64,000 nucleotides of DNA from the NCBI GenBank assembly GCA_963827475.1, contig CAWHAZ010000004.1, positions 32,001-96,000 of the forward strand, given 5' to 3'. The DNA comes from an uncultured Chloroflexia bacterium (GTDB lineage: Bacteria > Chloroflexota > Limnocylindria > QHBO01). Below the pieces are notes generated by a model. It saw only the letters and a program-made list of their open reading frames with translations. It had not been told where the DNA came from and ran no database searches. The stretch's first letter is position 1, and every line of letters begins with the position of its first letter. Made by a program: the position numbers and the translations under genes. Positions 9,083-19,075 of this stretch are shown here, in pieces.

Positions 9083-10560
9083 TCAGGCCTCCGCCGGCGA
9101 CCGGAGGCTCAGGGTGCGGTCGGCCAGCGCATCGACCAGCGCTCGGTCGTGGGTCGCCATCACCACGGCCCGTCCGCTGTCCACCAGCCCGGCGAGGAGC
9201 GACAGCATCTCGTCCCACGTCCGCCGGTCCTGGCCGAACGTCGGTTCGTCGAGGATGACCGCGCGGGGCGCCGTCGCCAGCGCGGTGGCGACCGACAGTC
9301 GCCGTTTCTCGCCACCGGAGAGGGTGAAGGGGTTCGCCTCCCACACGCCGTCGAGGCGAAGCCGTTCCGCGAGCTCGGTCGCCCGCCGCCGGGCCTCGGT
9401 CTCCGGCAGGCCGGCCCGGATCGGTCCCAGGGCGAGCTCGTCCGCGACCCGGCCGGTGAGGAACTGGTGCTCGGGATCCTGGAAGACCGAGCCGATGCGG
9501 GTGACGAGCTCCCGTGCCGGCCACCGCCAGATGACCGACCCGGCGTGTCCCGGGGCCAACGCCTCGGAGGCCGTCACCTCGCCACCCTGCGGGCGCAGCA
9601 GTCCGCCGAGCAGCCGGGCGAGGGTGGACTTGCCCGATCCGTTGGGCCCGATCACGGCCAGCGCTTCCGCGCTCCGAACCGTCAGGTCGAGGCGGTTGAA
9701 GATCGGTCGGTCGGCCAGCGGCGGGCGCGCGGACAGCTGCTCGGCCACGATGACCGACTCGACCGGTTGGCGCGAGGAGCGGGCGCGCCGGCCGGCGGCC
9801 GGCGTGGTCCGGTGTCCAGATCCCATGGCGATCGAGCAGCTCGTCGTGCCCGACGAACACGTCCGCCGGCGGGCCGTCCAGCAGGATGGCCCCGCCCTCG
9901 GCCATGACCACCACCCGGGTGACGAGGGGGAGCCACTCGGCGACGCGGTGCTCGACCAGGACCAGGGTCAGCGGGTGCGTTTCGAGGATGCGGACGAGGG
10001 CTCCGCGCAGCGCGGCGGCGCCATCGGGATCGAGGTTGGCCGTCGGCTCGTCGAGGAGCAGCAGGTCGGGACGGAGAGCGAGGACTCCGGCCAGGGCGAG
10101 CCGCTGCTGCTCGCCGCCCGACAGCTGGTCCGTGGGTCGGCTCGGTCCGTAGGGCCAGGCGACGGTCTGCAACGCGGCCCGTACCGCGGGCCAGATCTCG
10201 TCGGTCGGGCGCCCGCGGTTCTCCAGGCCGAAGGCCACGTCGTCGCCGGCCCGGCTCATCACGATCTGCGACTCGGGGTCCTGCATGAGCAGCGCGGTTC
10301 GGGCGCGGCCGGCCACGGGCGGTTCGCCGAAGACACGCAGCTCCCCCTCCGACTCGCCGCCGCCCCGGTCATCGGTCAGCCCGGCGAGGTGGGTGAGGAG
10401 CGTGGACTTGCCCGATCCGGAAGCGCCGAGCAGGAGCACCCGCTCTCCCGCCGCGATCCTCAGGTCGAGGTGGCGGACTGCCCAGCCTGCCCGACCGGGG
10501 TGGCGCCAGCCCCAGCCGCTGGCCGCGACCGCCGGGCGCCCCGTGTGTTGCGTCGCTCAG
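9083..10560 (-). CDS. ECF transporter tandem ABC ATPase (YkoD-like; frameshift near 9790, start unresolved)
   Basis: Two Walker A motifs (GASGSGKS, GPNGSGKS), LSGGEQQR and LSGGEKRR signatures, LLDEPT, ILDEPTFGQD. Confidence 0.88.
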
Positions 10561-11126
10561 ACGGCCGGCTCCGCGACGTCGCGGCCGGACGGGAAGGCGG
10601 CCAGCACGCCCGTCGGGCGGAGGAGCCGGACGAGGTACCACGATCCGACCCCGGCAACGAGCGCGCCGCTGAGGAGCATGAAGGCCCCGTAGGCGAGCTG
10701 GATCGTCAGCGCGACGCCCACGAAATAGACCGTCATGTCGTGGAACCACATCCCGACGGCAGCGCCGCAGCCGGCGAGAACGGCCATCGGCAACGTCCAG
10801 CGGCGGTAGAGGGCCAGGGCGAAGACGAGCTCCGCGCCGGCTCCCTGGACGAGGCCGGAGAAGATGGTGTCGAGCCCGTACGGCGAGCCGAGCAGGAGCG
10901 AGACCACCGCGGCCATCGTTTCCGCCAGGAGCGCGGCACCGGGGAGGCGGACGATGAGCGGCGCCAGGACGGCCGGGATGAGCCACACCCCGGACAGGAG
11001 GTAGAGCGGTGGGGCAAATGTCCCGGCGGCGACGGCGTTGAAGACGAGGTTCCAGCCGGTGAACACCACCCCGAACGCGACGCCGAGCGCGGCGGTGACC
11101 ACGATGTCGACGGTCCGCCACCTCAT
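10557..11126 (-). CDS. ECF transporter S component, YkoE-like (thiamine/HMP)
   Basis: MRWRTVDIVV..GVWLIPAVLAPLIVRLPGAALLAE..GLVQGAGAELVF..YRRW; lies under a TPP riboswitch. Confidence 0.88.
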   Translation of the reverse strand: MRWRTVDIVVTAALGVAFGVVFTGWNLVFNAVAAGTFAPPLYLLSGVWLIPAVLAPLIVRLPGAALLAETMAAVVSLLLGSPYGLDTIFSGLVQGAGAELVFALALYRRWTLPMAVLAGCGAAVGMWFHDMTVYFVGVALTIQLAYGAFMLLSGALVAGVGSWYLVRLLRPTGVLAAFPSGRDVAEPAV

Positions 11127-11779
11127 GACCTGTCCTCCTCGCGGCCCGAGTCGATCTCGATGACGAGCAGCCGGCCGCCGGTGATGGTGACCGTCGCCGG
11201 CGCCTCGAGGATGACGTTGGCCAGGCCGCGGGACGATCCGGGTTCCAGGCGATCGTTCGCGAGCGGCCATCGCATGCCAGTCGTGGTCACCCCTTCGGCG
11301 GGCACGCCGACGGCCAGGAGGCTGACCCGGGAGCCGGAGGGCGCCCTGATCTCGACGCGGCCGGGCCCGGACAGCATGCGGGCGGTCGTGCGGTCGTGCA
11401 CCAGGCTCGTCGCTCCGGCCGTCGCCAGCTCGGAGCACAGCAACAGCAGGTTCGCGGCCAGGTGGTCGAGCTCACCGCCCAGGGCACCGAGGATCACCAC
11501 CTCGTCGGCACCGGCGGCTGCCGCAGTGCCCAGGCTGAGCTCCAGGTCGGAGGCATCCTTGTCGGTCGGGTGCCGCTCCACCAGGGCGCCGGCGTCGGCC
11601 ATTCGCTGGACGGTGCCGGGGCTGGCCGAGTCGAGGTCGCCCACGATGCGATGGGGAGACACGCCAACCGTGGCCAGCCAGTCCGCTCCGCCGTCGGCTG
11701 CGATCACCAGGTCCGCGCCGGCAAGCACGCGCCGATCCGCCGGCGCGTGCGATCCATCGGCGACGATCACTGCCTTCAC
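11123..11779 (-). CDS. thiN: Thiamine diphosphokinase
   Basis: IAADGGA, VGDLDS, DKDASDLE, LGALGG..DH, RGLAN motifs. Confidence 0.92.
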   Translation of the reverse strand: MKAVIVADGSHAPADRRVLAGADLVIAADGGADWLATVGVSPHRIVGDLDSASPGTVQRMADAGALVERHPTDKDASDLELSLGTAAAAGADEVVILGALGGELDHLAANLLLLCSELATAGATSLVHDRTTARMLSGPGRVEIRAPSGSRVSLLAVGVPAEGVTTTGMRWPLANDRLEPGSSRGLANVILEAPATVTITGGRLLVIEIDSGREEDRS

Positions 11780-11783
11780 GATT

Positions 11784-11872
11784 CGACTCCCTACGCTGGC
11801 ATGATCCAGGTCAGGTTCGAGGGTCTGCGGTCTGGTGCCGCACTCTCAGCGCCGAGGCGCTCCCCTGTCGTG
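11784..11872 (-). ncRNA. TPP riboswitch (aptamer 3' end contains the SD of thiN)
   Basis: Minus strand: ACGACAGGGGAGCGCC..GCTGAGAGT..GACCCTCGAACCTGACCTGGATCATGCCAGCGTAGGGAGTCG, which matches the THI-box hallmarks. Confidence 0.95.
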
Positions 11873-11915
11873 GTCCTGTCGGTCGCAGCCTAGCACTCCA
11901 CGTACCATCGATCGC

Positions 11916-12407
11916 ATGGCCGGAGCAGAGGATCGGGTCGTCGCCGCCGCGGTCGCGGCGGGCCTCGACATTGCCGTCCGGCGCTTCCCGGAGGGCACCC
12001 GGACCGCCGAGGACGCGGCCCGGGCGGTCGGCTGCGAGGTCGCGCAGATCGTGAAGTCCCTCGTCTTCGTGGCGGACGGCCGGCCGGTGGTGGCCCTGGT
12101 GTCCGGTGCCCACCGGCTCGATCCGATCCGCCTCGCCGCCGCGCTCGGTGCGACCGCGGTGGAACGGGCGGATGGCGACCTCGTCCGGGAAGCAACCGGC
12201 TACGCGATCGGCGGCGTGCCGCCGCTGGGTCACGCCCACTCGCTGCCCATCGTGATGGACCGTGCGCTGCTGGCGCACGACGTGGTGTGGGCCGCCGCTG
12301 GTCGCCCCGACGCGGTGTTCGCGGTCACGCCCGCCGAACTCGAGCGGGCGAGTGGCGCCGTGGTGGCCGACCTCGGGGAGGAGCCCGCGGCCGGCCACGC
12401 CGGCTGA
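11916..12407 (+). CDS. YbaK/EbsC aminoacyl-tRNA deacylase family protein
   Basis: TRTAEDAARAVGCEVAQIVKSLVF, ATGYAIGGVPPLGH, VWAAAG. Confidence 0.92.
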   Translation: MAGAEDRVVAAAVAAGLDIAVRRFPEGTRTAEDAARAVGCEVAQIVKSLVFVADGRPVVALVSGAHRLDPIRLAAALGATAVERADGDLVREATGYAIGGVPPLGHAHSLPIVMDRALLAHDVVWAAAGRPDAVFAVTPAELERASGAVVADLGEEPAAGHAG

Positions 12408-12410
12408 CCG

Positions 12411-13395
12411 TCACGGCTGTTGCCCTGAGTACACGTAGAGCGGCACGTAGTAGCCGCCCAGGCGGGCATGGTCGAACCAGAAGATCGGCTCGACCAGGAG
12501 GTTGAAGGTCTCGCGGTAGGTCCCGACGGCCGACGGCGCCCGAAGGCCGAATGTGAACCGACCCACCCCGTCGGGCGGGACGGTGGCCTGGTCGAGGTAG
12601 GTCGGAACCCACGCGGCGGGCCAATCGGCCGCCCGGAACACGCTGGTTCTCCATGCGGGGCTCCAGGTCCCGAGCAGGAGTCGGCTGCCAGCCGTAGTCG
12701 CGCGACCAGGTTCGGCCGCCGGTATTCCGGAACTCCACCCAGTGGGTCACGGTCGTCAGCCGCTTGACGGCCACGGTGCCGCCATTCGACTCGGCGCGAT
12801 AGGCGCCCAGATACGGAACGCGACCCGGCCAGGTCGTCCACATCCGATTGGCCATCGGATCGATCGTCCGCCAGGCGCCCGCGACCAGCTGGAGGATCTG
12901 GAAATGGAGATGCGGGCCGGTGCAGTTCCCGCTGCACCCGGACAGGCCGATGGGCTGTCCGGCCACCACCGACTGCGTTTCCGAGACCAACGCGCCGTTC
13001 TGGGCGAGGTGGTAGTAGAGCGTTTCGCGCCCGTCGGCATGGCGCAGCCGAACGAAGTTGCCCGACGAGCTGTGCTGGTTGGTGCCGAACGACTCCTCGA
13101 TGTCGACCACGACTCCGGCGCGAGCCGCGGCCACCGCCGTGAGCACCACCATCGGGTAGTCGAGCCCGGAGTGCTGGTCGTACACGCGTCCGTAGTGCGG
13201 CACGGTGTCGTGCCACAGCTGTCCGGCCCAGTCGAGCTGCCAGCCGATCCGCGTGTCGCGGTCGACGCCGTAGCTCAGCCCGATGGACGGGTCGTAGAAG
13301 GGGAGGGTGTAGTCATCGGCAGCGGCCACCGGCGCGGGCGCCGATGCCGCAACGGCCACGGCAAGAACCGCGGCGGCAAGAGCTCGGCGGGTCAT
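12411..13395 (-). CDS. Secreted M23 metallopeptidase with C-terminal NBR1-like Ig domain (frameshift near 12670)
   Basis: Signal peptide; HSGLD, YYHL and TGPHLHF M23 motifs; then FRNTGGRTW..VPPDGVGRFTFGLRAP..GTYRETFNL. Confidence 0.85.
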
Positions 13396-14399
13396 GGCCG
13401 ACACCCCCGACCGTCCCCCAGCCAGCAGGCAGTGGGACCGACGCGGGTCAGACGGCTGCCGGTCGTGTCGACGACATCCGTGGAACCCGGGTCGAAGAGC
13501 AGCAGGAGTGAGGCGTCGGGCGAGAAGCGGGCGAGCGACCCGGCGCCGATCCTGGCTGGCGAGGCGACGCTGTCGAGCGCCGCGAGCCAGGTCACCCCGG
13601 CCTCCGGCCACGCGAGCCATCGCCCGTCCGGGCTGACTTCCACGGCCGCGGCCCGCGGGAGGGCAGTGATTTCCTTCTCGGTGCCGTCGGTCCCAACCTG
13701 GATCAGCGCCACCCCGCCTCCAACCTGGTGGCGGACGAGCACGATCGATCCGTCATCGAGAGCGGTCGCTCCGTAGACCAGCTGGCCCTCGGCCGCAACC
13801 GTCCCCACCGGGGCGATGTCGCCGGTCGCCGGCTCGACGATCTCGGCCGCGGCCCAGATCGGGGCGTCGACCGAGGACAGCCGGACGGCGAGGATCCGCC
13901 CATCGGGGAGGATGGTGGGATCGGGGCCGAAGGGCCCGGGTGCCACCTGAGTGGCCGAGCCGCTGACGGCGTCGACCTGCCACAGGGCTCCGGACAGGTC
14001 CACGACCGCCAGCCAGGCGCCGCCGGGTTCGAATGCCGCTCCCCGGACTCCGGGCACGGAGACCTCGAGCTGCGACCCGTCCTCCCGGGCGAGGGTCATC
14101 GGACCCGGCTGGCCGAGCTCGACGGTGGAGACGGCCACCGTTTCGCCGTCCGGCGACGCGGCCAGCGGCCGGACGATCGACCGCTCATCGCGCGAGCGAG
14201 GCTCGACCAGATCCTCGCCGTCGACCGCGCGCACGGTGAGGGAGAGCGCGCCTCCGCTGTCGCGCAGCGCGGCGGCATTGCGCAGGGTGACCGGCGGCGG
14301 CGGACCGGCACGGACCTGCGGCGAAGAGAGAACGACGACGAGAGCCAGACCGAGCGCGATGGCGCCGGCGGCAAGGAACAGCAAGACGCGGGTAGGCAC
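13392..14399 (-). CDS. Exported beta-propeller-like hypothetical protein
   Basis: N-terminal TM/signal; repeated SPDG-like turns (ASPDGET, FEPGGAW, LPDGRI, VSPDGRW, FSPDAS). Confidence 0.7.
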   Translation of the reverse strand: MPTRVLLFLAAGAIALGLALVVVLSSPQVRAGPPPPVTLRNAAALRDSGGALSLTVRAVDGEDLVEPRSRDERSIVRPLAASPDGETVAVSTVELGQPGPMTLAREDGSQLEVSVPGVRGAAFEPGGAWLAVVDLSGALWQVDAVSGSATQVAPGPFGPDPTILPDGRILAVRLSSVDAPIWAAAEIVEPATGDIAPVGTVAAEGQLVYGATALDDGSIVLVRHQVGGGVALIQVGTDGTEKEITALPRAAAVEVSPDGRWLAWPEAGVTWLAALDSVASPARIGAGSLARFSPDASLLLLFDPGSTDVVDTTGSRLTRVGPTACWLGDGRGCRP

Positions 14400-14534
14400 C
14401 TCAAACCTCCGAACGGAAGGGGATGGAAGGCGGAATCGGCGGTCGAGGGCGGCTGCGGGATCCTCGGAGCGGTTTCGGACGCGGCCAGCCTGCCAGGCCC
14501 CGCTTACCGCGGACGTATCGCATACTCACCGGCC

Positions 14535-15292
14535 GTGGACGACGCCGCGATCCCCGTGCTGCTGGTCGCGCTCGGGATGCTCGCGATCGCGGGCCGGCGC
14601 CGCGCTCGTCCGCTGGAGCGGAGCCGACACCCGCGCCGGACGCCGGCTGGCCGGTGCCCGGCCCGCCTCCCTCCACGACCTCCATGCGGCCGCCGCTCGC
14701 GGCGAGCTGCCGGCGCACGAGGTCCGCGTCGAAGGGCGGGTGCGCTGCGCGGATCCCATTCGGACGCCGGACGGCGAGCGGCTGGCCCTCCTCCACCGCG
14801 ACATCGAGGTCCAGCAACCCGACGGGCGGTGGCGCACGATCGAGCGCCTCCGCGATGCCCGGACGATCGACCTCTGGGAGCGCTCGACATCGGTCCCGCT
14901 CGACCTGGGCCGGCTGGCAGAGCCGCTGATCACCATTCCGCACCGGTGGGAGGGCTCGCCGTCGGAGCTCGACGCGACCCACCAACCGGCTGTCGCGCGC
15001 GTCGGCTCCGAGGATCAGCCGCCGAAGCGGGCCCGGGCCATCACCCGCCAGGTGATGCTGGTCGACCAGCTCATCGTGCTTGCCGTCCCGAGCCGCGACA
15101 CCGGATGGGGCGGTACGACTCGATCCCCCACCAGGGGGCTTCCTGGTGGCCACCGTGGAGCTGGACGTGGCGCTTCGCCTGCTGGCCGGCCCCCACCGGC
15201 GGCGGATGATCGCCGGCTACGCCGTGGTCGGAGCAGGCCTCGTCCCGCTGGTCATCGGCGTCGTGGCCCTGGGGCTCGCACTCCTCGCCTGA
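14535..15292 (+). CDS. Membrane protein with N- and C-terminal TM segments flanking a GIDE-like beta domain (two frameshifts)
   Basis: Reassembled from three frames: VDDAAIPVLLVALG.. / ..EVRVEGRVRCADPIRTPDGERLALLHRDIEV..WRTI.. / ..GGFLVAT..MIAGYAVVGAGLVPLVIG. Confidence 0.55.
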
Positions 15293-15441
15293 CGGGCCCT
15301 GGACAGGCTCCACGCCCCCCATTCGGCGAGCGGGTTGGTACGAACGGGGCATGGAGCCGCCGACTTGCCGTTTCTAGCATGGGCTGCACGCCGCCTACCA
15401 GATCCTCCATTCATCACCTGGAGGCGGACCCAGGGGAACCA

Positions 15442-18273
15442 ATGGCCTCATCGTCCACAAGCGGATCACGACCGGACGCGCTCATCAGCGTGGCCCAGGC
15501 CGCTGCCCTGCTCGGGGTGCACCCCAACACGGTGCGGTCCTGGACCGAAAGCGGGCGCCTCGCCGCGTGGCGGATCAATCCACGGGGCGATCGACGCTAC
15601 CGGCGCGCGGACGTGGAACGGCTCCTGGCCGAGGGCGCGTCGACGCCGACCGAGGCCTCGGACGCGTCGCCTGCCGGGGCGACCCGACAGCCGGAGGTGG
15701 ATGCGGAGGCCGCGGTCCTGACCCGCATCTCGCAGGGCACGGTGGACGCCGGCAGCGTGGCCGCCGTCTGCCGGGTGACGGTCGAATCGCTGCGCACGGT
15801 CGAGGCCATCGCCCGCGTGGCGGTCTATCTGGTTCGCGACGACCGGCTGGTGCTCGAGACCCATGCGGGGCACAGCACGCCGCCGCCGCCCACCCTGTCG
15901 TGGAGCAGTGAGGGAGACGAATTCGGCGCGGATGGCAGCATCCGCCTGCCGCTGACCATCGGCCAGGAGCGGATCGGGGTCCTGCTTGCTGCCGACGACG
16001 TGGACGGGGCATGGGTCCGCAGCCGCCGCCGCTTCCTGATCGCCGCTGCCGCGACCGCCGGCGTCGCCCTGCGCCACGCGCGGGCCATCGCCCGGGCCCG
16101 CCGCGAGCTGACGCGCGCCCGCGCCCTGGCCAGCGTGACCCGTGAGCTCACCGGGCAGCTCGAGCTGGGCGCCGTGCTGAGCGACATCGCGGACCGGACG
16201 CGGGGCCTGTTCGACGCCGACCGGGTCGGCCTGTGGATGATCAACGACGAGCGGGAGCACCCCTTCGACCTGGCCGCCGAGCGCGGGATCAGCCCCGCCT
16301 TCCAGGCCATGATCAGCCAGCTCACCTTCACCAGCCCGTCGCTCGGGACGCAGGCCGTCCGCGAGCGCCGCACGTTCGTGGCCCGCCACGCGGACACCGA
16401 TCCGGCCGTCGGCGTCCTGCAGGACCTCTACCGCGACGAGGGCGTGAAGACCGCCTGCCTGGTCCCGCTCGTCAGCCATGACAAGGCGGTCGGGGTCATC
16501 GGCCTGTACCACGCCCGGGATCGGGAATGGCCCGACGACGAGCTGGCCCTCGCCCAGGCCTTCGCCAACCAGGCCGCGGTCGCGATCAGCAACGCTCGCC
16601 TGTACCGCGCCACGGCCGAGCAGGCGGCCCGCATGCGGTCCATTCACGACCTCTCGGCGCGCCTGAACCGGCTCACCGATGTGCAGGCCATCGCGGACGC
16701 GATCGTGGCCGAGGCGAGCACGCTGGCCGCGTTCCACGACATCCGGATCTACACCGTGGACTGGGAGCGGGGCACGTGCGAGCCAATCGCCTTCACCGAC
16801 CGGCTGCTGGGGGATGGGGACTTCCGAGACCTGCTGCGGGTCGACATCGGTCCGGGCTCGTTTACCGGCTGGGTGGCCGCCAACGCGCAGCCGATCCTGA
16901 GCAACGACGCGATGAACGACGAACGTGGCCTCACGATCGAAGGCACCGAGGAGATCGAGGAGTCGATGCTGGTCGTGCCGATGGTCTACGAGGGTCGGTC
17001 GGTGGGCGTCATCGCGCTCTCCAAGCTGGGCGTGAACCAGTTCTCGACCGATGACCAGCAGACGATGATGATCTTTGCCGGCTACGCGGCCCAGGCCCTG
17101 GTCAACGCCCGCAGCTATCGGCGACTGGAGGAACAGTCCAGCCAGCTGGCGCGGCAGCTCGACAGCCAGCGACGGCTGCTCGACGTGAGCACCCGGGTCA
17201 TGGGCACGCTCGAGCAGGAGGACATCCTCGAGGTCGTGGCCGACGGGCTGAAGGCGGTCGTCCACTACGACAACCTGTCGATCTACCGGGCGGACGCCGC
17301 CAAGCAGGTCCTGGTCCCGGTCCTCACCCGCGAGGAGCACGCGGCCGAGGTCGCCCGCTACATCATTCCGTTCGGCCGCGGCCTGATGGGATGGGTCGTC
17401 GAGCACGGCGAGGCGGTGCTGGCCAACGACGCGCTGGCGGATCCCCGCGCCCTGCAGATCCCCGGCACGCCGGAAGACCAGGAGGCGCTCATCGTCGTCC
17501 CGCTGATCAGCGACGGCCAGGTCACCGGGTCCATGAACGTCAGCCGGGTCGGCGGCGAGGACGTGTACTTCAGCGAGACCGATTTCGAGCTGGTCCAGCT
17601 GTTCGCCGCCCAGGCGGCGGTCGCCCTCCGCAACGCGGACGAGCACCACGCCATGAGCCTGCGGGCAGAGACCGATGCGCTGACCGGGCTCAGCAACCAC
17701 GGCGCCTTCCAGCGCGACCTGGCCGAGGCCATCGAGGCGATCGCCGCGGCGCCGTCGGAGGAGGGCCAGCTCGGCCTGCTGATGATGGACCTCGACCGAT
17801 TCAAGACCTACAACGACCGATTCGGCCACCCGGCCGGTGACGCGCTGCTCCACGCGGTGGGCGAAGCGCTGTACGCGGCCACCCGCAGCGACGACCGGGT
17901 CTACCGCTACGGCGGTGACGAGTTCACCGTGGTGCTGTCCGGGGTCGACCTTCCGGCTGCCCGACGGGTGGCCGAACGCGCCCGTCGGCTGGTTGCCGCC
18001 GTCTCCCTGGAGCGCGGCGCCGCCCCGGTCACGATCACCATCGGCGTCGCCCTCCTCCCCGATCACGGGGAGGGCAAGGACGCGCTGATCGGCGCGGCCG
18101 ATGCCGCCCTGTACGGCGGCAAGCAGGCGGGTGGCGACCAGGTGGTGGTTCCGGGTGAGGCCCCGCGGCCGCAGAGCCGCAAGGCGGCGAAGCCGCGCCG
18201 CGACCCGGACGCCGTCATCGAGCAGCGACGGCGGCGCAGCGACCCGGATCGGACGAGGACGACCGCGGCCTGA
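15442..18273 (+). CDS. Diguanylate cyclase with N-terminal MerR/excisionase-type HTH and about four GAF domains
   Basis: ISVAQAAALLGVHPNTVRSW..GDRRY; GAF repeats (CLVPL, LVVPM, IVVPL); TDALTGL, DLDRFKTYND..GHPAGD, RSDD I-site, GGDEF. Confidence 0.92.
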   Translation: MASSSTSGSRPDALISVAQAAALLGVHPNTVRSWTESGRLAAWRINPRGDRRYRRADVERLLAEGASTPTEASDASPAGATRQPEVDAEAAVLTRISQGTVDAGSVAAVCRVTVESLRTVEAIARVAVYLVRDDRLVLETHAGHSTPPPPTLSWSSEGDEFGADGSIRLPLTIGQERIGVLLAADDVDGAWVRSRRRFLIAAAATAGVALRHARAIARARRELTRARALASVTRELTGQLELGAVLSDIADRTRGLFDADRVGLWMINDEREHPFDLAAERGISPAFQAMISQLTFTSPSLGTQAVRERRTFVARHADTDPAVGVLQDLYRDEGVKTACLVPLVSHDKAVGVIGLYHARDREWPDDELALAQAFANQAAVAISNARLYRATAEQAARMRSIHDLSARLNRLTDVQAIADAIVAEASTLAAFHDIRIYTVDWERGTCEPIAFTDRLLGDGDFRDLLRVDIGPGSFTGWVAANAQPILSNDAMNDERGLTIEGTEEIEESMLVVPMVYEGRSVGVIALSKLGVNQFSTDDQQTMMIFAGYAAQALVNARSYRRLEEQSSQLARQLDSQRRLLDVSTRVMGTLEQEDILEVVADGLKAVVHYDNLSIYRADAAKQVLVPVLTREEHAAEVARYIIPFGRGLMGWVVEHGEAVLANDALADPRALQIPGTPEDQEALIVVPLISDGQVTGSMNVSRVGGEDVYFSETDFELVQLFAAQAAVALRNADEHHAMSLRAETDALTGLSNHGAFQRDLAEAIEAIAAAPSEEGQLGLLMMDLDRFKTYNDRFGHPAGDALLHAVGEALYAATRSDDRVYRYGGDEFTVVLSGVDLPAARRVAERARRLVAAVSLERGAAPVTITIGVALLPDHGEGKDALIGAADAALYGGKQAGGDQVVVPGEAPRPQSRKAAKPRRDPDAVIEQRRRRSDPDRTRTTAA

Positions 18274-18320
18274 CCCCGGTCCCGGCCCGGATCGGACCGG
18301 GTGCTATCCTCGCCGCCCCA

Positions 18321-19066
18321 ATGCGTGACCGACGCCGCGATCCGCTGCGCGCTGCGCCGCGGACCGTCCTCCGGCGGCGCGGCACGTGGCTGACCCTCCT
18401 CCTCATGATGGCGGTGGCGGCCTGCACCGGATCTCCGACCCCCACGCCCTCGCCCAGTGCCTCCGGGCTGCCGACACCCACGCCCTCGCCGACCCCGCTG
18501 CCCAGCCCGCGCTTCTCGAACGAGGCCGACGCCGCTCTGTCGGGATCTCATCCCCGACCAGGCGAACGGCCTGACGGTCGTCAAGCCGGCGCTCACCGAG
18601 TACGCGATCACACCCGGTGACATCGGTCAGGCGGCGTACGGCGAGCTCGGCGCCCGCTTCCAGACGCTGGTCGTCGCCTTCGTCCGCGACCCGCGCCTGA
18701 GCCTGTACGCGATGCGGGTCGATGGCGACGCGGTGACCAACGCCGACCTCGAGCCGCACCTCGCCACGGCTGGCCGGTACGTCGGCATCGCCGGACTGGT
18801 GCGGGAGCCGTGGGAGCTGACCGCGGTGGGCGGCCACGAGGTCTGGGTCCGGCCGTCGGACGGCGCCACACTGGCCGGCACCCGGGTCTACACCTGGGCC
18901 ACGGACGACCTCGTATTCCTCATGATCGGCGTCAACGACGAGCTGAACCAGGCCCTGCTCGCCCTCCTGCCCGGCGAGCCGCCGCCAACGCCCAGCCCGG
19001 CGCCGTCCATCCAGCCCCGACCCGAGCGCCACCGAGGAGCCATCGGCCACTCCCAGCGACTCCTAG
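18321..19066 (+). CDS. Hypothetical lipoprotein with Pro/Thr/Ser-rich linkers (frameshifts near 18540 and 19015)
   Basis: Lipobox-like AVAAC, PTPSP repeats, globular core in ORF 18457..19098. Confidence 0.6.
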
Positions 19067-19075
19067 ACTGCGCGA

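Noticed and set aside
10440-10560. TGA readthrough fusing the ECF S component to the ATPase (same frame)
   Set aside because: A CTGA overlap start plus one indel is simpler given the error rate; no recoding signal recognised
8709-11804. Long antisense and alternate-frame ORFs (also 701..2446, 15466..18066, 48767..51499 and many others)
   Set aside because: Shadow ORFs expected at very high GC; Arg/Pro/Gly-rich without motifs and overlapping clear genes
13951-18273. 1440-aa ORF as one giant protein
   Set aside because: The first part is antisense to a real gene and passes through a separate frameshifted membrane gene and an intergenic region; the cyclase starts at ATG 15442 after its own -10 box and SD-like AGGGG
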